Below are positions 56,035 to 60,782 of a stretch of 60,782 nucleotides of DNA, one piece after another. A program made the position numbers and the translations under genes. The stretch comes from a virus. Lineage: Duplodnaviria; Caudoviricetes. The DNA is taken from positions 1-60,782 of the IMG/VR virus record IMGVR_UViG_3300032281_000614; one strand, 5' to 3'. Position 1 is the stretch's first letter, and every line of letters starts with the position of its first letter. Below the pieces are notes generated by a model that worked only from the letters and a program-made list of their open reading frames with translations, had not been told where the DNA came from and ran no database searches.

Positions 56035-58116
56035 TTATCCTTGATTAACCGCCGGAACCTGCGGTGATAACACCGCTACTGCATATTTGCCTTTTTGAAA
56101 GTAAGTTGCTCCACTGGTTCCATAAGCATCACTGCCACCTGCACCATTGCGGAAATTCTTAGCACCACCAGGGCCTAATAAATGGCTGACAGCCAGCATG
56201 CCAGCAACATCTTCAGGACTTTGATCTGACGTTATAGCACCAATCTTGCACATGGTACTATAGTTTCTCTTGGTGTATTCGCACATGGCACTTTCCTGTA
56301 CCGCACTGTTTGATAACCAATCATCAAGGCTGGTAATACCATCTTTGCCTGTCCAGCTATTGGGATTATTCAATTGGGCATTGCTTCTTACACTGCGTTT
56401 TACATAACCTGCATCTATTAACGCTGGGTAGCCAAATTGATACTTGCCTACATAACCAATGCTGTTAACTGCATCGTATTTGCCACCACTTTCGCTCTTA
56501 CCTATCTGCGCAAAGTAAGCTGTTAAATCGTTTGATGTTAAATTACCCAACGTACAATCGCATGGTGGTTGATTTCGCAGATCTTTATCTATAGCTGGAT
56601 TACTAAATGAAGTACCGCTAGTAGTTTTTGTAGCATCTTGGGTACCAGTATACTTGCTAGGTTGTATACCGTCACTAACTGGTGATGTAGCAGAAACTTC
56701 TCCTCTGTCAAAAGGTTCATGTGTAGGTGCTATTGTAACAATAGTGCTTAACAAGTTTGGTTCAGATGTCCACAATGCTGTAGGAGTGAGCCTTGTAGTA
56801 TCAGGCAAATTATTAATCTGTATTGGATCTACACCTTTAACTGTTTGTGTACCACCACTGTTATGAAGTATAGAACTACCTTCTAATGCTATGGTTCCAC
56901 CTGCTTTAACAGAAATCTTGGCACCTGCTTGTACATTAAATCCTGAACCGGCTAACATTTCTAACACGCCAGTAGATTCTACATTTAGTTGTCCTGTTAA
57001 CAGATTGGTCTTAGTAGAATTAAATTGTATTTTATTGCTAGACCTCATGTTAATATTATTAGCATCTATATTAACATCTTTGTCACTGTGTAGATTTATA
57101 GTACCTTTACTACGGAGATTAAACCCAGCTGATGAAAATACATTTATTGCGCCTCCACTGGTTAATTCAAGCCAGCTGGTTCCGTCAGCATGGCTAAGAT
57201 ATAAGGTATTTTCTGTATCGTGCATCATGATCTGATGCCCTTTGGCTGTGCGCAAACGTACCAACTGATCCGTACCTATTAGATTACCATCATCCATTAT
57301 AAATGTATGGCCACCTTTGCGTGTGCTATAGGCATAGTCATATTCTGTCAATGTTCCTGCTTGAACTTTAGCAAGATATGCTTCTGGATCATCTGCACCG
57401 TTATCTGGATATGGTCTTCCTGGAGTTGATATGCCAAATACCTGACTGGGACTTTCTCGTTGGCTTGAGCTTGAGACTACTCCTCGCACCGTATCTCTAT
57501 CTAATCCTTGTTCTTTTAATAATCTATACTGTACTTCGTGTACAGGTTTAGGATTGGTATAGAATGATGGTTTCTGTGCTAGATTGGGGTCATTCTCATT
57601 GAACTCAGTAACTGGAGCAATACTTCCGCTCTGCAGAGTCTGTTTAATATCTGAACTTGCACCATCTAATGCAAGATTATTGCTCCCGGCAACTCCGGGG
57701 ATCATATACCTACCCAAGCCAGAATTAACACAGGCAAACCAATAGCCTCGCAAGGGATCCCCGGCAATAAACAGAACTAAGATTTCAACACCAATATCTG
57801 GAGGCACCATCCACATACCATAGGTGTTGGGGGTATTGCCAAATTTATTGTCAGTGTTGGGGGCTTTAGCAGCACCTCGAGCAATGTCAGTAGTTCCCAT
57901 AAACGGGCTTGCATAACTTACTGTGCGCCAATTCTTTGGATCTTCTTCTTTACCACCAAGATCAGGAATCCACACTTGTAGGCGGCCACACCGTGTAGGA
58001 TCAAGATTATTTTTAACTATGCCAACGTAAGGATATGGGTCAACACGTGTACCAGGCGCTTCTTCTCGACGCTGGCTTTTCATTATCTTATTACCAATTC
58101 TTTGATCTAATGCCAT
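56035..58116 (-). CDS. gp5/VgrG-like baseplate spike with C-terminal lysozyme-like domain
   Basis: OB-fold DPTRCGRLQVWIP..PPDIG.EILVLF, beta-helix repeats (GHTFIMDDG, GHQIMMHD), C-terminal ESGGKYDAVN..GKYQFG. Confidence 0.85.
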   Translation of the reverse strand: MALDQRIGNKIMKSQRREEAPGTRVDPYPYVGIVKNNLDPTRCGRLQVWIPDLGGKEEDPKNWRTVSYASPFMGTTDIARGAAKAPNTDNKFGNTPNTYGMWMVPPDIGVEILVLFIAGDPLRGYWFACVNSGLGRYMIPGVAGSNNLALDGASSDIKQTLQSGSIAPVTEFNENDPNLAQKPSFYTNPKPVHEVQYRLLKEQGLDRDTVRGVVSSSSQRESPSQVFGISTPGRPYPDNGADDPEAYLAKVQAGTLTEYDYAYSTRKGGHTFIMDDGNLIGTDQLVRLRTAKGHQIMMHDTENTLYLSHADGTSWLELTSGGAINVFSSAGFNLRSKGTINLHSDKDVNIDANNINMRSSNKIQFNSTKTNLLTGQLNVESTGVLEMLAGSGFNVQAGAKISVKAGGTIALEGSSILHNSGGTQTVKGVDPIQINNLPDTTRLTPTALWTSEPNLLSTIVTIAPTHEPFDRGEVSATSPVSDGIQPSKYTGTQDATKTTSGTSFSNPAIDKDLRNQPPCDCTLGNLTSNDLTAYFAQIGKSESGGKYDAVNSIGYVGKYQFGYPALIDAGYVKRSVRSNAQLNNPNSWTGKDGITSLDDWLSNSAVQESAMCEYTKRNYSTMCKIGAITSDQSPEDVAGMLAVSHLLGPGGAKNFRNGAGGSDAYGTSGATYFQKGKYAVAVLSPQVPAVNQG

Positions 58117-58124
58117 AATTTATC

Positions 58125-60782
58125 CTATGTTATTGCCGCTTCGCCCGGTACTCGATTACCCCTTATACTGATAGGAGTAAAGTTTGGTATTACTGCCTGA
58201 GGTTGGGTTTGATCGGTTATAGTCTGTTCAGGAGCAGAATCAGCAACATCAGCTAAACTAATTTGTTCAGCATTAGTTACCGGATCTGCAACATCTTGCA
58301 CTGGATTATTACCTGGTGCTTGATTATCTCCAGTAGTTCCTGGTCTATTAGAAACAAGATTTGACGGATAATCTGTTCCAGCTATTGGTGGATTATATGT
58401 AACTCCAGGTTGATCAACGTTACGTTGATTAACCTTATCAGAAGTTTGACCGTCTTTAATTAACGATTTTTGTCGAGGTAATCTAACAGTTTCTAAAGTT
58501 TGTATAAATTGTCCACCGCTAAATGTGCTGTTAACTGCCAGTACTCTGTACATACCAGAAAATACACTTTGATTAAAATTTGTATCAAATTTCATTAACC
58601 CAGTTGACTCATCTATGTCACTGGGCGTCTTATAATTTACACGTATGTAAACTTCTCTGTTATCCATGTGTAGGCTGCCATTGGCAATTAATCTTGGATC
58701 AGCTGTAGGTAACATAGTAGAATCTGTTGCTGTAGCTGTTGGTGAATAAAATATATCGTCTTGTTTGATATATTGAGGATCACCAATTATTTTTAATTTG
58801 GCCTGTAACATATCAGCACCAGCCGTGGTATATAAAGATTCATACACATCAACAGCAGCCACCGACTTAGCAGTATCATTACCACCAGTAGCACGTTGTC
58901 TTGCATCTAATGTCTGTGGTTTTTCTCTAATAGGCATAATAGCGTTGACATTGTCGTCTATACCACTATAGCTATCAACATTTGTTGTTTTATCTACTTC
59001 GTCAACTGGTAGGCCGCTGATACCAGCAAGATTATCTCTATAGGCTGTAGTAGCTGTATAATACAGGGCATTAAATTCAATTTGGAAATCAAGGACATCA
59101 ACATTCTTACCGGTGTAGATATAGTTATATTCTTTCAACGGATCATTCCAGGTACCTTGAGGAGCCACTGATATTTTTGTATTATAGACTTCGTAGGGTA
59201 TGATATGATAGGTAATATCACGTGCCCATACTTTTCTTACTTTGTCAAATTTAGTAGGATCTAATTTAACCGTAGGAATAACCTTAAACCATCGTAGAGG
59301 TTTTTCAGCATTGGCTTTTTTCTTTTCTTGATAGGCTTTAGGATTGCTGCCTGCATCTTCAGGAATTACTAATTGGTCTTGTATGTAGTTACTGTTACGT
59401 ATAACATAATTTAAAACCATTTCTAAGCTGGTACCTGCATTTATTGAGAATATCTGTGTATTATAATCTAATGCCAACACTTCTATATTGCTGATATTGC
59501 TTTTTCTCGCTTCTTTAGCCTGTTCAACTCCAGTCATTGGGGAATTCTTAGGAGAGTATTTTCCGCTGAGATCGAACTTTGCTTCACCAATGGCAGGATG
59601 GAAATTAAAATGATAGGTATCAGCGTAGTCAATTTTATTTTTATTTTTAAGTTCATTTTGCCAAGCGTTAATAGCACTACCGTAGCTTTTAACACGATAA
59701 ACAGGATCTCCAGTGGCAGTACTGGCGATTGCCGATTGTGTTTCTGGACTCAATAGGCTTGAACTTACATAGGTTATTTGTCCATCAACTCCAATGTATC
59801 CCCCTTCTGTTCCATTATTTTTTCTCAATCCAGTATTTTGCCTTAACTCTCTCTGTTGATTTGTATTGGTTTGGATAGCTGCAATTTCAGCTTCGTTACT
59901 TTGGAAAAATGCGGCTACAGATCCTGCTACGATTTCAAAATGTGCCGGTGTAGTAACTGTACTGAGGTCATAAGCCGAATGATTGTACGGTGCGGCCTGC
60001 ATGCTGTACTCGGCGCCTTTGTTAGATATTTTAATATCGAATTTTAGTAATCGTATAGGAATCTTTTTAGTCTGATTGGGTATCACTCCAATGATCTCCC
60101 CAGTATCATCTATACCAAAAAAATCTATTTGTAGTAGATAGGGTTGTTCGAGATAGTTTTCGCCGCTGGGATTTATTTCTTTAGTTAATTTTAATATCCT
60201 GTTAAACAAGGTAACACCGTATGGTTCAATGATACTGAAGTTAATATTAACAGCATTAGTAGCCCGGCTGTGGTCATTTAGTCCGATTATGGTCTGCAGA
60301 TCGAGATTTTCAAAATAAAAATCCTCATCAAAATATGGGGCACGAGTAAATTGGGTGGGTCCGGGGGTATTATTGTATCTACCTGCACTGGCAATAATCA
60401 CGCGATTTGGAGTATACGTTTGTTTTTCTACTATTTGATTATATTCTTCTATAGTCAACATGTGTAAACTTAATCCATAGGTATAGCTGGTATAACTATG
60501 CAACGGATTTGTTATTGGTCCATTATAATCAATCTTAGCATCGGGTGATGCATCATATGGGGTTCCGCCCAATGTTCCTGTAGCTGCAATTTGCTCAGGA
60601 GTCATTTTACTAAAATCGTAATTCTTAGCGTTAGGCCCAAATGGAGACTCATCAGCTACTGCTGTTTCATTGGTTGTCGAATATACCGGACCAAGATCAT
60701 AATTGTTAGTAACTGCGGATTGCCCGGGTAATCGATTACCAATTAATTCTCTTTCTTCGTCTGTAACAGGTTCGTATCCGCC
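58125..60782 (-). CDS. Baseplate hub/tail protein (gp27-like position; 5'-partial)
   Basis: Frame is open from the window end (GGYEPVTDEE...DFSKMTPE) into the track ORF; NPLH..SYTY, IEPYG, IIGDP, FSGMYRVL.V...F..GQF.QTL motifs. Confidence 0.7.
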   Translation of the reverse strand, partial: GGYEPVTDEERELIGNRLPGQSAVTNNYDLGPVYSTTNETAVADESPFGPNAKNYDFSKMTPEQIAATGTLGGTPYDASPDAKIDYNGPITNPLHSYTSYTYGLSLHMLTIEEYNQIVEKQTYTPNRVIIASAGRYNNTPGPTQFTRAPYFDEDFYFENLDLQTIIGLNDHSRATNAVNINFSIIEPYGVTLFNRILKLTKEINPSGENYLEQPYLLQIDFFGIDDTGEIIGVIPNQTKKIPIRLLKFDIKISNKGAEYSMQAAPYNHSAYDLSTVTTPAHFEIVAGSVAAFFQSNEAEIAAIQTNTNQQRELRQNTGLRKNNGTEGGYIGVDGQITYVSSSLLSPETQSAIASTATGDPVYRVKSYGSAINAWQNELKNKNKIDYADTYHFNFHPAIGEAKFDLSGKYSPKNSPMTGVEQAKEARKSNISNIEVLALDYNTQIFSINAGTSLEMVLNYVIRNSNYIQDQLVIPEDAGSNPKAYQEKKKANAEKPLRWFKVIPTVKLDPTKFDKVRKVWARDITYHIIPYEVYNTKISVAPQGTWNDPLKEYNYIYTGKNVDVLDFQIEFNALYYTATTAYRDNLAGISGLPVDEVDKTTNVDSYSGIDDNVNAIMPIREKPQTLDARQRATGGNDTAKSVAAVDVYESLYTTAGADMLQAKLKIIGDPQYIKQDDIFYSPTATATDSTMLPTADPRLIANGSLHMDNREVYIRVNYKTPSDIDESTGLMKFDTNFNQSVFSGMYRVLAVNSTFSGGQFIQTLETVRLPRQKSLIKDGQTSDKVNQRNVDQPGVTYNPPIAGTDYPSNLVSNRPGTTGDNQAPGNNPVQDVADPVTNAEQISLADVADSAPEQTITDQTQPQAVIPNFTPISIRGNRVPGEAAIT

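Noticed and set aside
437-60047. Many 60-115 aa ORFs antisense to or nested in long genes (e.g. 437-622, 9535-9762, 33883-34200, 56891-57235)
   Set aside because: Shadow ORFs without recognisable motifs, lying within well-supported genes.
52197-60782. T6SS or extracellular contractile injection system
   Set aside because: The gp25, gp6 and VgrG-like genes come with tail fibres, late-promoter-like motifs and phage nucleotide-metabolism genes, and with no Tss membrane components.
1-60782. tRNAs, structured ncRNA, CRISPR, DGR repeats or stop-codon recoding
   Set aside because: Intergenic gaps are about 70 nt or less, no reverse transcriptase or near-identical repeat pair was seen, and genes are intact in the standard code. 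This is by eye only; tRNAscan-SE, Infernal and a dot-plot would be decisive.

Overview
This window is a fragment of a large tailed myovirus genome with T4-like baseplate genes. It reads in the standard genetic code, and I saw no host housekeeping genes, tRNAs or CRISPR. There are three blocks. (1) A + strand block (1-8210) carries a VWA protein, small hypotheticals, DHFR, a methyltransferase, thymidylate synthase, an NDP-sugar epimerase and a DegT aminotransferase. (2) A 24-gene - strand operon (8191-29682) has no intergenic gap longer than 1 nt and sits behind a T4-late-like TAAATA element. It encodes five radical SAM enzymes with N-terminal SPASM/Twitch-like domains, six SGNH-like domains, about six glycosyltransferase-like proteins, a carbamoyltransferase, an APS-kinase-like protein, a short DegT protein and an unannotated 33-aa peptide. 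(3) A - strand tail/baseplate module (29755-60782) encodes hub, gp5/VgrG-like spike, gp25- and gp6-like wedge proteins, a 4777-aa giant, three paralogous fibres and a Gly-rich adhesin interrupted by a Hint domain. The best candidate for an undescribed system is block 2 acting as a phage-encoded glycan synthesis and tailoring pathway, probably decorating the virion. The Hint-containing adhesin is second. All calls come from reading motifs by eye; no database searches were run.
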